Origin: Azolla caroliniana
Lineage: Eukaryota; Plantae; Polypodiophyta
Length of the DNA stretch: 64,000 nt
Assembly (NCBI GenBank): GCA_043228905.1
Contig: JBHGNT010000008.1
Coordinates: 2,604,001 to 2,668,000, forward strand
Direction of reading: 5' to 3'
The position numbers and the translations under genes were made by a program. Position 1 is the first letter of the stretch, and each line of letters starts with the position of its first letter. Of the stretch, positions 21,784-33,400 are shown piece by piece. The notes under the pieces were generated by a model that worked only from the letters and a program-made list of their open reading frames with translations, was not told the DNA's origin and did no database searches.

Positions 21784-23947
21784 AATTAGGCCTAGTATAG
21801 AATCATTCTCATTGTAGAACATGTTTTTTATATAGAACATGTTTGTTGTTTTCTTAGAACTATTTAAGCTTAAACTCTATTTTATCTTATTTTTATTTTT
21901 ACTTTCGATGAATGGGTAAATATCCCATTTTTGTTGTACACCATTTGTCTCATGGGCCAATTTTGGCCTTAGAAGACGTTAATATATCTTTCTTTCTTTC
22001 TTTCTCTCTCTTATCCTCCTTTGTAACCATCCTGAAACCATGGCTGCCATTAACTCAGAAGAATATCTCACCCTTGTTGCAGAAATGGAGAACCTTAAAT
22101 CCAAGTTCTGACAGGACTAATATCCTTCTTCCATCACTCTATCTTTTAGCCTTGGTTCTGACAGGACTCGATAATAGGTATCAAATTGTAATGAAAACAC
22201 CTTGTTTTCATCACAATTCGATACTTAATATCGAAATCAGGTTTAAAGTATTTTTTTCAAAATAAAATAAAATAAAATAAAAACTTTGAACCTGAATTCA
22301 ATACTAGGAATTGAATTGTGATGAAAACACTTTGAACCTGAGTATCGAATTGTACTCCAATCTGAATTCGTTACATGTATCGAATTGTACTAAAATCTCT
22401 GTTTTCAAAATAATTGTGTCAATAGTAATAATTGTGTATGACTTTACATTGACAAAAGTTGGATGAGCAAGTGAGTTTCATTCACATGAGGATTAAAGAC
22501 TTAACGTTTTCACCATGTATCGCATGAACCAATTCCTCCATTAGTTGGTGAACTTATAGAGCTTACTGATTTTGACGACGAGCTAGTAGAGGACCCTATC
22601 ATTGTTAGCCTATGTGGAGTAGATACTACTGCACAAATTTTGGAGGAGAGTTCTCAAAAGGAAGAAGAGGAGGGCAATGTGGATACCCTGATAACTATGT
22701 GATATGTTCCAATGATATATTAATGTTCCTGTCTAGGTTTGACAGTTTTGATAGTTCATGAATATTGTCTACATTTTTGGAGTTGTGAATTTCTGGATAT
22801 CCATTGATGAGCACTAAATTTATAGATGTTGATGATACTTCTGGAACCTACATCTCCTATTAACCTTAACTTGTGCTTTGAGTTAACCATTGTGATTTTC
22901 TTTAAGTTAACTACATTTCATATTTGTAGACCATCAACATTTTTAAAACATTTATCGAAAAACTATTGAATTTTTGAAATTATCATTTTAACACTTGTTA
23001 AATCTCAAAAAATAAGCAAATTTTATATGTTATTTAAGACATGTGATATTGGTGTATCAACTTTCTGAAAATTGCCTAAAATCGCAAGACTATAAAAGGA
23101 ATCTACTAATGGAATGCACGATCCTTCCACCTCTGAATGCGAACGTGTTTTTACGGAGTTCATTGAAGAAAAACAAGAAAGGATTTATACATCAGTTTCA
23201 AATACCAGTCTTCTTAGTCCACATTGAGGCTTTCATTACGCGAACTTAAAGAGTGCCCACCAAAGGGAGGAAAAAATCACAACATTGGACCAAGGGGGAG
23301 AAGACAATGATGGGTTTAAGATTTGAAACAACTAACAAATGACTAAAAAACAATTAACAAAAGTCACAAAATTTATGTGGAAAACCCTAATATGAGGAAA
23401 AACCACGTGAGCTCTTTGGGCACCAAAACTTCATTATGATCTGAGTGTACAATTTGTTATAGACTCCCTAGATCAAGCCAATAGCCCCGATCAACGCTTT
23501 GTAACTGTGCTAGATGCAATTAGATTGAGGGAGAAAAGGGAACACACACGCCCATACAAGGAATCCGGTACTGAGAAAAAGAATGACAAAACAATTGAAA
23601 AAGAATACGTGTGCGGAAGCATTGTCGAAGAAATCCTGGAGCGTTCATGGAATGAAGCGGGACCACCAAGGTCCTGGACCAGAAGGATTCAAAGTTTTTA
23701 CTAGCGTAAGTGAAAAAGTATTTAAGATAGATAGAGAGATAGATAAATTCCAAATTTGACTTTGAACCCTGCATTTCAAGTTTTGAGAGACAAGACCAAT
23801 GAGATGACTAGGATTAAATTATTATTCATATTAAGTTCTTGATTCAATACATAGCCCCCTTACACATGCCCAACTAGAGGTTTTTATAGGTCTTCCCATG
23901 CAAAACCAGGGGCTAAACCATGGTTTTGTGCACACGGTTTTATATGT

Positions 23948-24728
23948 TGTCGTGGGAAATTCCAGCCAGAGGAAGAAAACGGGGCCACTTGTGCATGAAC
24001 GGCAGTGTGCACGGATGCACATACAAATTCGTGTTTATGCACAAAGGCGTGTTAATAACATAAGACTAATAAGTACTAGGGAGTGTGATTCGATGGATAC
24101 TTTAATGTCCCACGGCTAGAGAGGAATAAAGGGGATATGATGTGAGAAAACCGAGCAGAGGATCAAGGACAGACAACGGTTGTCTTGAAGAGCTTGATGT
24201 AACAGTCTTACTCTCCTTGAACTATAAAAGGAGGGAGAGGAGTTTGGGGAGGACGAAGTGCTGCCAGACTGAGCTCTGTAGACTTTGGCCTCCTCGAGCT
24301 CTGATTCTATCATTGTAATGTGAGACCTTTGTTTCGTGCTGGTAGCCCGTGTGCACCCGATCTGGAGGCTTGCTACTATGTGTGTGCATGTTTGTGAGGA
24401 GCTCGAAGCTCTGTTTACTGGCTGAATCCAGTTGTAATTTCTTGCTTTCTGATAATCGTTAATATTTCGTTGAGTCTACTCTTGTGTACAGGCATTACTG
24501 TGTTGTTCCTTCTTGTTTCTGTTGGGTGCGTGTCCGGATCTGCGTGCCCGTGGGCTCATCGTTGTTGTCAGGCATCCTGTCCGGATTAGTACGTTCCTTC
24601 AGTCTGTGCGCCAATCGGCCGGTATCCAGGGAAACATTCTAGATTGGGCACGCATCCGGACCTCGACTCGCTCCTTTCTACTCCTATCGGCTCCTTGGTC
24701 AGAGACCCCCGTGGTCCCGCCCTATTTT
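23948..24728 (+). mobile_element. Gypsy (G1-related) LTR, truncated duplicate
   Basis: Starts TGTCGTGG; shares tataaaagga, gaagtgctg.cagactg and gtggtcccgcc blocks with the G1 LTR. Confidence 0.8.
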
Positions 24729-25133
24729 TGTTAGGATCTCGGTCCCTCCAGATGGGATACGAAGTACCCGGCATCGGAAGACCCGGTGAGAACCGGATGT
24801 GGAGTACCCGACAACGGAAGACCCGGTGAGAACCGGATGTGGAGTACCCGGCAACGGAAGACCCGGAGAGAACCGGATGATGTAGACCCGGTGAGAACCG
24901 GATGATGAGTACCCGGCAAGGAAGACTCGGTGAGAACTGGATGTTGCAGGCCCCGTGAGAACCTCTCACCGGATGAAGGACATATATGTAGATATGTTTC
25001 TTAGAGCCCATTGGGGCTATATCTGTAAATAGTCCTAATGTCATATTAGTATAATTGTGACCTAGGGCAAACAGTGTGTATTATTATAGTTGTTGTTATT
25101 ATCTTTGTATAGTGTTATTGGTGAAATGACTGT

Positions 25134-25178
<45 letters not shown>

Positions 25179-25363
25179 TACAAAGCATGTCTCTGTTGTA
25201 ACCGCCACCAGGCGAAGATTGTGAGCAAGAGGTCGTTGTCTCTGTGCTCCCTGTTGTACTCCTTTGACATTGTGATAGTTTGGAGTCTGTGGACTCCTAT
25301 GGTTTTTCCCTCTCAGGGCTTTCCACGTTAATATCCTATGTATTCTCTTTCTGTCTGTATACT
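24729..25363 (+). mobile_element. Copia A LTR, truncated duplicate, with ~39-bp CCGG-rich U3 tandem repeats
   Basis: Homologous to 41540-42175; repeat unit gaagacccggtgagaaccggatgtggagtacccg. Confidence 0.88.
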
Positions 25364-25367
25364 TGCC

Positions 25368-27827
25368 GCAATGTGGATACCCTGATAACTATGTGATATG
25401 TTCCAATGATATATTAATGTTCCTGTCTAGGTTTGACAGTTTTGATAGTTCATGAATATTGTCTACATTTTTGGAGTTGTGAATTTCTGGATATCCATTG
25501 ATGAGCACTAAATTTATAGATGTTGATGATACTTCTGGAACCTACATCTCCTATTAACCTTAACTTGTGCTTTGAGTTAACCATTGTGATTTTCTTTAAG
25601 TTAACTACATTTCATATTTGTAGACCATCAACATTTTTAAAACATTTATCGAAAAACTATTGAATTTTTGAAATTATCATTTTAACACTTGTTAAATCTC
25701 AAAAAATAAGCAAATTTTATATGTTATTTAAGACATGTGATATTGGTGTATCAACTTTCTGAAAATTGCCTAAAATCGCAAGACTATAAAAGGAATCTAC
25801 TAATGGAATGCACGATCCTTCCACCTCTGAATGCGAACGTGTTTTTACGGAGTTCATTGAAGAAAAACAAGAAAGGATTTATACATCAGTTTCAAATACC
25901 AGTCTTCTTAGTCCACATTGAGGCTTTCATTACGCGAACTTAAAGAGTGCCCACCAAAGGGAGGAAAAAATCACAACATTGGACCAAGGGGGAGAAGACA
26001 ATGATGGGTTTAAGATTTGAAACAACTAACAAATGACTAAAAAACAATTAACAAAAGTCACAAAATTTATGTGGAAAACCCTAATATGAGGAAAAACCAC
26101 GTGAGCTCTTTGGGCACCAAAACTTCATTATGATCTGAGTGTACAATTTGTTATAGACTCCCTAGATCAAGCCAATAGCCCCGATCAACGCTTTGTAACT
26201 GTGCTAGATGCAATTAGATTGAGGGAGAAAAGGGAACACACACGCCCATACAAGGAATCCGGTACTGAGAAAAAGAATGACAAAACAATTGAAAAAGAAT
26301 ACGTGTGCGGAAGCATTGTCGAAGAAATCCTGGAGCGTTCATGGAATGAAGCGGGACCACCAAGGTCCTGGACCAGAAGGATTCAAAGTTTTTACTAGCG
26401 TAAGTGAAAAAGTATTTAAGATAGATAGAGAGATAGATAAATTCCAAATTTGACTTTGAACCCTGCATTTCAAGTTTTGAGAGACAAGACCAATGAGATG
26501 ACTAGGATTAAATTATTATTCATATTAAGTTCTTGATTCAATACATAGCCCCCTTACACATGCCCAACTAGAGGTTTTTATAGGTCTTCCCATGCAAAAC
26601 CAGGGGCTAAACCATGGTTTTGTGCACACGGTTTTATATGTTGTCGTGGGAAATTCCAGCCAGAGGAAGAAAACGGGGCCACTTGTGCATGAACGGCAGT
26701 GTGCACGGATGCACATACAAATTCGTGTTTATGCACAAAGGCGTGTTAATAACATAAGACTAATAAGTACTAGGGAGTGTGATTCGATGGATACTTTAAT
26801 GTCCCACGGCTAGAGAGGAATAAAGGGGATATGATGTGAGAAAACCGAGCAGAGGATCAAGGACAGACAACGGTTGTCTTGAAGAGCTTGATGTAACAGT
26901 CTTACTCTCCTTGAACTATAAAAGGAGGGAGAGGAGTTTGGGGAGGACGAAGTGCTGCCAGACTGAGCTCTGTAGACTTTGGCCTCCTCGAGCTCTGATT
27001 CTATCATTGTAATGTGAGACCTTTGTTTCGTGCTGGTAGCCCGTGTGCACCCGATCTGGAGGCTTGCTACTATGTGTGTGCATGTTTGTGAGGAGCTCGA
27101 AGCTCTGTTTACTGGCTGAATCCAGTTGTAATTTCTTGCTTTCTGATAATCGTTAATATTTCGTTGAGTCTACTCTTGTGTACAGGCATTACTGTGTTGT
27201 TCCTTCTTGTTTCTGTTGGGTGCGTGTCCGGATCTGCGTGCCCGTGGGCTCATCGTTGTTGTCAGGCATCCTGTCCGGATTAGTACGTTCCTTCAGTCTG
27301 TGCGCCAATCGGCCGGTATCCAGGGAAACATTCTAGATTGGGCACGCATCCGGACCTCGACTCGCTCCTTTCTACTCCTATCGGCTCCTTGGTCAGAGAC
27401 CCCCGTGGTCCCGCCCTATTTTTGTTAGGATCTCGGTCCCTCCAGATGGGATACGAAGTACCCGGCATCGGAAGACCCGGTGAGAACCGGATGTGGAGTA
27501 CCCGACAACGGAAGACCCGGTGAGAACCGGATGTGGAGTACCCGGCAACGGAAGACCCGGAGAGAACCGGATGATGTAGACCCGGTGAGAACCGGATGAT
27601 GAGTACCCGGCAAGGAAGACTCGGTGAGAACTGGATGTTGCAGGCCCCGTGAGAACCTCTCACCGGATGAAGGACATATATGTAGATATGTTTCTTAGAG
27701 CCCATTGGGGCTATATCTGTAAATAGTCCTAATGTCATATTAGTATAATTGTGACCTAGGGCAAACAGTGTGTATTATTATAGTTGTTGTTATTATCTTT
27801 GTATAGTGTTATTGGTGAAATGACTGT

Positions 27828-27874
<47 letters not shown>

Positions 27875-28059
27875 TACAAAGCATGTCTCTGTTGTAACCG
27901 CCACCAGGCGAAGATTGTGAGCAAGAGGTCGTTGTCTCTGTGCTCCCTGTTGTACTCCTTTGACATTGTGATAGTTTGGAGTCTGTGGACTCCTATGGTT
28001 TTTCCCTCTCAGGGCTTTCCACGTTAATATCCTATGTATTCTCTTTCTGTCTGTATACT
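25368..28059 (+). repeat. Tandem segmental duplication, copy 2
   Basis: See copy 1; 4-bp filler tgcc between the copies. Confidence 0.95.
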
Positions 28060-30438
28060 CAGGGAGGCCTACTTGCTTCTATTGCGGCAAGCCAAGACAC
28101 TTCCAATAGAACTGTCAGCACTTCCGAAAAGACAAGGAAACCGACGGTACCGATTCGAAGCGGACACTGGACTGGAAGGGAACGACGGCAATCGCGGCAA
28201 GTGAAGAAGAGTTGATGCTCATCATTGAGGAGAGTGAGTTGAACCTTGCCGGCAATGAGACAACGTGGGTTGTCGATTCCGGAGCGTCGTTCCACCTTAC
28301 CCCGGACCGGAAATGCTTCTCATCCTACACAACCGGTGATCACGGCTGTGTCCGGATGGGGAATGAAGGTACATGCTGAATTGTTGGCATAGGAGACGCG
28401 TGGTTGACAACACCAACCGGATGCAAGCTGCTGTTGAAGGATGTCTGACACGTTCCGGAGGTTCGACTGAACCTGATATCAGCCGGTCGTCTAGATGATG
28501 AAGGCTACATGGGTAGCATCCGGAACGGAGTCATGAAATTCAGCAAAGGGAGCTTGATAGCGGCTCGGGCCCGGAAGGTCAACACGCTGTACCTGATGAA
28601 TGCCCGGTTATGCTTGGAAGAAGTGAACGTGGCTTCCGACACTGCCGGTGAGCTGTGGCACAAGAGACTGTGTCACATGAGCGTGAAGGGGATGAAGAGG
28701 CTTGCCGATGACAACCTCATTCCGGTGAAGAACGTGCATCTTGAGAGGTGCACCGACTGCCTAGCCGGTAAGCAAAACTGGACCTCCTTCCAATCAAGGC
28801 CACCGATGAGACGCAATGCACCATTGGAGTTGGTGCATACCGATGTGTGTCAAGTGGACACGAAGTCTCATGCCGGAGCGCAGTACTTCGTGACGTTCAT
28901 AGATGACCACAGCAAGAGGTTGTGGGCCACACCATTGAAGACGAAGGATCAGGTGTTATCTGTCTTCAAGGAGCTCCACGGAAGAGTGGAAACAGAAACC
29001 GGACGAAAGCTGAAGGCGGTTTGAGCAGATAATGGAGGGGAATACCGGGGGTAGTTCGAGGAGTATTGCCGCTCGAAGGGAATCCGGCTCGAATTTACTG
29101 TGCCGAAGACGCCGGAACTAAACGGGCTAGCCAAGAGGATGAACCAGACCATAATGGAGAGGGCCTGGAGTATGCTAGCACATGCTAAACTACCCAAGAC
29201 GTTTTGGGCTGAGGCGCAGCCGACAACGACGTATGTGATAAACAGATCACCCTCAGTGCCCTTGGATGGAGACACGCCGCAAAAGGTGTGGACCGGTAAG
29301 GAAGTGTCCTACCGGCATTTGAAGGTGTTCGGGTGTCTCGCGTACGTGCATGTTGCTAAGGACCGGAGAGGAGAGTTGGATCCCTAGACCTGGCTATGCA
29401 TATTCCTCGGATACGGCGATGATGAGTTCGGCTACCGCGTGTGGGATCCGGTTGACAAGAAGGTTTTCCGGAGCCGAGATATTATCTTCATGGAGGACAA
29501 GACTCTTGCCAACTGGGAGTCTGAGAAGAAGATAATGAACTCCAATGAGATTCGGACCCACCCGGCTAAGAGCCGGTTGACACTTGAGGAACCAGCCGGT
29601 TACGGTGAGGATACCAAACCGACAGAAGAAGAAGTAGAGGAAGCCGAAACTGGAACTGGCCAAGAACCCGAATCGGATTTGGATGAAGAACAAATAGAGG
29701 AGCCAGTTGCCGAAAGCCAAAGACGGAGATATCCTCTTAGATAGAGAAGGCCCCCCCGGAGATTTCCGGATGCAGAGCATGTGCTGCTAGTCGATGAGGG
29801 GGAGCCGGAAAGCTTCGAAGAAGCGAAGGATGACACCCATAACCGCAAGTGGTTGAGTGCCATGCAGGGCGAGATGGATTCCCTGCATGAGAACCACACG
29901 TATGAATTGATGGAGTTGCCGAAAGGAAAGAGGGCACTCCGAAACAAGTGGGTGTACAAGCTGAAACTGGGAGATGCTGGCAACCCTCCAAGGTACAAAG
30001 CCAAGATCGTGGTGAAGGTGTTCCAACAGAAGAAGGGCGTGGACTTTGACGAGATATTTGCCCCGGTAGTAAAGATGACTTCCATCCGGACGGTGCTAAG
30101 CATAGCGGCAAGCATGGACCTTGAGGTAGAGCAGTTAGACGTGAAGAGGACGTTCCTCCACGGCGACCTCGAAGAGGAGATCTACATGTAGCAATTGGAG
30201 GGATTTGTGAAGAAAGGGAAGGAGCACCTGGTTTATCTGTTAAAAAAGAGGCTCTACGGGTTGAAGCAGGCTCCCAGGCAATGGTACCACAAGACGCAGG
30301 CCGATCACTGCGTATTTGTGAAGAAGTTCGAAGGTTGAGACTTCCTGATACTCCTCTTGTACGTGGACGACATGTTGATCATCGGACGAGACCAAGTCAA
30401 GATACGGATGCTGAAGAAGGCCCTGAATTGGACCTTCT
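28060..30438 (+). pseudogene. pol: Copia A Zn knuckle-PR-INT-RT fragment
   Basis: WVVDSGAS, WHKRLCH, VHTDV, EPESFEEA, FAPVVK, YVDD; many stops. Confidence 0.9.
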
Positions 30439-33400
30439 TGTTGAGCGGCAAGCTCAACCGGAGCCGGATCGGCTGAATAAGCCGGAGCCGGTAAGCGAGA
30501 CGGATCGGGCGAAACGGATCGGTATGACGGTGAGCAACCGAACCGGCAAGCAGTGGAGGCCGGGTGCAATCCGTAACCGGAAGTCCAATCAGAAGCCTAG
30601 TATAGGATAGACTACTAGGTAGCTATAGTCTCGTAGTAAGTGTCAGATGCTCGTGTGAGCATTGAAGTACATAGTACTTCTGTCAGTCCCAAGAGGACTT
30701 GTATAAATAGTGCTACTTAGCACAGTGTGTACATAGAGTGTTGATATAATTTTCAAATTGTGTTCTACTCTCTCTGTCTCTCTGTCTCTCTGTCTCTCTC
30801 TGTGTGTTGTTCTCTGTTTTACGCTTCCGCAAACACTCACGTTCACATGGTATCAGAGCGCGAGGGTTGAGAACCTCTGCTGCAGACATTTACTCTTGAG
30901 AAGAAAACCCTAACAGGTCGAAAACAAACACAGTAGAAGACATGGATAGAGGCATGGCTACGTCGCTCCCGGTGGAGAAGCTCGACAGGAGCAACTACGC
31001 ATCCTGGTCTTACAAGATGCACCAGTACTTGCTTGGACACGGGTACTGGAGTTATGTCGAAGGAGCGAATGATGCGGCGCCCGACTCGTCACACAAGGAC
31101 TTCCCGGTATGGGAACAGGCGGCAAGCAGGGTGATGTACTGCTTCGCGTCCAGTGTCAGCGATCAGCTGCTCAGCCACATCCGTGACGCCAAGACACCGA
31201 AGGATGCTTGGGGGAACCTGAAAAAGGTTTTCGCCGCAAGCACCACTGCCCGGAAGCTGCAACTCAGACAGGAGTTGAGCAATGTTCGACAGAAGAACAT
31301 GTCCGCGGCAGACTACACGGGCCGGATAAAGGAGATCTGCGACTCGCTCGCCTCTATCAATGTTACCGTAGAGGAAGACGAGATGGTGCAGGTATGTCTC
31401 GGAGGCCTGGTGTCCAAGTTCGGAGCGTTCCGGACTGCGGTGTGTACAAGGGAGAATACCCCCTCATTCTTCGACTTACAGTCGATGCTCCTTGTAGAGG
31501 AGAACCACGCCGGTGCATCTACCAGTGCATCCCCGGACAGCCAAATGCTGTACACGGGAACGGATCGGTTCCGTGGGCGTGGTGGAAGAGGTGGGTCGGC
31601 ACGCAATGGAGGCGGCCGGCAAGAGCAGGAATGGAGGCACTATGAACGTGCCGACAGCAGTTTCGGGACTTCCACAAGGAGGGGGAGTCAAGGCGGTGCC
31701 GGAGGCCGGCAAGACAAATCCGCTACGGAATGCTGGTACTGTGGCAAAAAAGGCCACAGGGAAAGCGAGTGCTGGAGAAAGCCTGCCGATTCGGACAAAT
31801 CCGGATCCGGCAAGGCCGGTAAGGATGGCCGGCAAAACTCGCACTACGCAAACGGATCAGGAGGATCCGGAACCGGAAAGGCCGGTAAGGGGCCAGCCTT
31901 GGTGATGAATCACAAGGCAAACTCAATGAAGAAGAGCACTTCCAAAACGGAGGAAGTGTGGTATGTTGACTCCGGCGCGTCGAACCACATGACGAGCCAC
32001 AAAGAGTGGTTCTCCTTTCTGGAGAAACCGGATCAACCAGGAGTAGTCGAAACCGGAGACGACACTCCTCACCCAATCGTGCACGTCGGAGAAGTCCCTC
32101 TAAGCCACGTCGGACAGAAAGGGAAGCTAATGATCGTATTACACGTTCCGACAATCACGAAGAACCTGGTGTCCGTCGGTCAGATTGTCGACCAGGGGAT
32201 GCAGGTGCGGTTTACGCACCTCGGGTGCTTCATTGAGGATGAGGGCGAAGTCATTGCGCAAGGGCGCAGAGACGGGAGGATGTTTATCCTCAACACCAAT
32301 GACTTTGGCACCGCTCTGTTCGCGAATCGACAGAAGGTCGAGTCGGACATCGACCTGTGGCACAAGTGGATAGGCCACGTCAACTACTGGAGGCTTCAAG
32401 ACTTGCAAACGAAACAAGTCGTTGTCGGTTTGCCGAAGTTCAGCGGCTGGAGAGCCGAAATTTGTGAAGCCTACCAACTTGGGAAGCAACACCCGCTTCC
32501 ATTCCCCACCGAACGGAACTGGAGCCGCAACAAGCTTGATCTCATCCATTCGGATGTGTGGGAACCGGCACAAAGTGTAAACCTTGGCGGGAGCCGGTAC
32601 TTCGTCTCCTTCACCGACGACTATACACGACATACTTGGATCCACCTCATTGAGCGGAAGAGCGAAGTCTTCGACTGTTTCCGGAGCTTCCAGAAGATGG
32701 TGGAACGGGAATCGGAGAGGAAGATCAAATGCCTTCGGTCGGATGGTGGAAAGGAATATTTTTCCGACCAATTCACTAGTTATCTGCAGCAGAAGGGAAT
32801 TCGGCGAGAGTTCAGCTGCAGATACACACCGGAGCAAAACGGTGTGGCCGAAAGGAAGAACCGGACACTCGTCGAAGCGGCAAGGGCAATGCTGGAGGAA
32901 AAGAGCATGCCCCGGTTCTACTAGGCGGAGGCGGTCCAAACGACCATCTACATACAAAACCGCATTGGTGACAAGGTGTCAGCTCATGAGCTGTATTTCG
33001 GGCGCAAGCCGAACTTAAGACACCTTCGGATATTCGACAACACAGTGTATGTGCACGTGCCGGATCAGAAGCGGAGAAAGCTGGATGCAAAATCGGAAAA
33101 ATGCATCCTAGTCGGCTATGCTCAAGAGCAAAAGGGGTATAAGTGCTATAACCCCCGGACGAATGAAGTCCGAGTAAGCCGGGATGTCGAGTTCGATGAA
33201 TCGGCATCCTGGTACTCCGTACCGACTCCGACTTCGACTTCCGATCCCGACCCAATGCCGAAAGATCAGGCCAGTGAGCCTGAATCAGCCCTGGCAGAGG
33301 ATGATGAAGCCGGGACTCAAGATGAGAGTCCGGAATCGTTACGGTTGAGTGGACCGAACGAGCGACTAAGTCGGTTGGACCAGTCGGATGAAGAGACGGC

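Larger units (their letters stand above)
16537..22002 (+). mobile_element. Apparently full-length intact non-LTR retrotransposon (LINE), RTEX-like
   Basis: GC-rich 5'UTR, ORF1, APE-RT-zinc-finger ORF2, 3'UTR ending aatata(TCTT)4; inserted in a (CT)n tract whose empty version is visible at 11131-11195. Confidence 0.9.
10688..22163 (+). mobile_element. Chromovirus C1 (Tcn1-like Ty3/gypsy): LTR-gag-pol-LTR (10688-16465) plus an anomalous trailing stub; whole unit flanked by TSD GGACT
   Basis: LTRs 10688-11130 and 16022-16465 (TGTCA...TGACA); PPT gaaggagggatag; C-terminal chromodomain; GGACT at 10683-10687 and 22164-22168 (also 22114-22118). Confidence 0.9.
3049..22465. mobile_element. Foldback/long-TIR non-autonomous DNA element (~650 bp once nested insertions are removed); arms ~3049-3381 and ~22171-22465
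   Basis: Left arm (cgtccaacttttgtcagtgtaaagtcatacacaat...caatacttat) is the reverse complement of the right arm (ataggtatc...tgactttacattgacaaaagttggatg) over ~300 bp with scattered substitutions; internal aattcgatac subrepeats; no TSD found. Confidence 0.8.
22674..25363 (+). repeat. Tandem segmental duplication, copy 1 (~2.69 kb)
   Basis: Matches 25368-28059; ORF track repeats at offset 2694; only a (GA)n length difference seen. Confidence 0.95.

Noticed and set aside
22466-22700. Acidic peptide-like stretch resembling a hAT transposase tail
   Set aside because: No convincing hAT dimerisation motif
23280-23520. gtggaaaaccc...gaaaaaccac motif shared with copia LTRs
   Set aside because: Probably an old LTR remnant, but no termini or TSD could be defined
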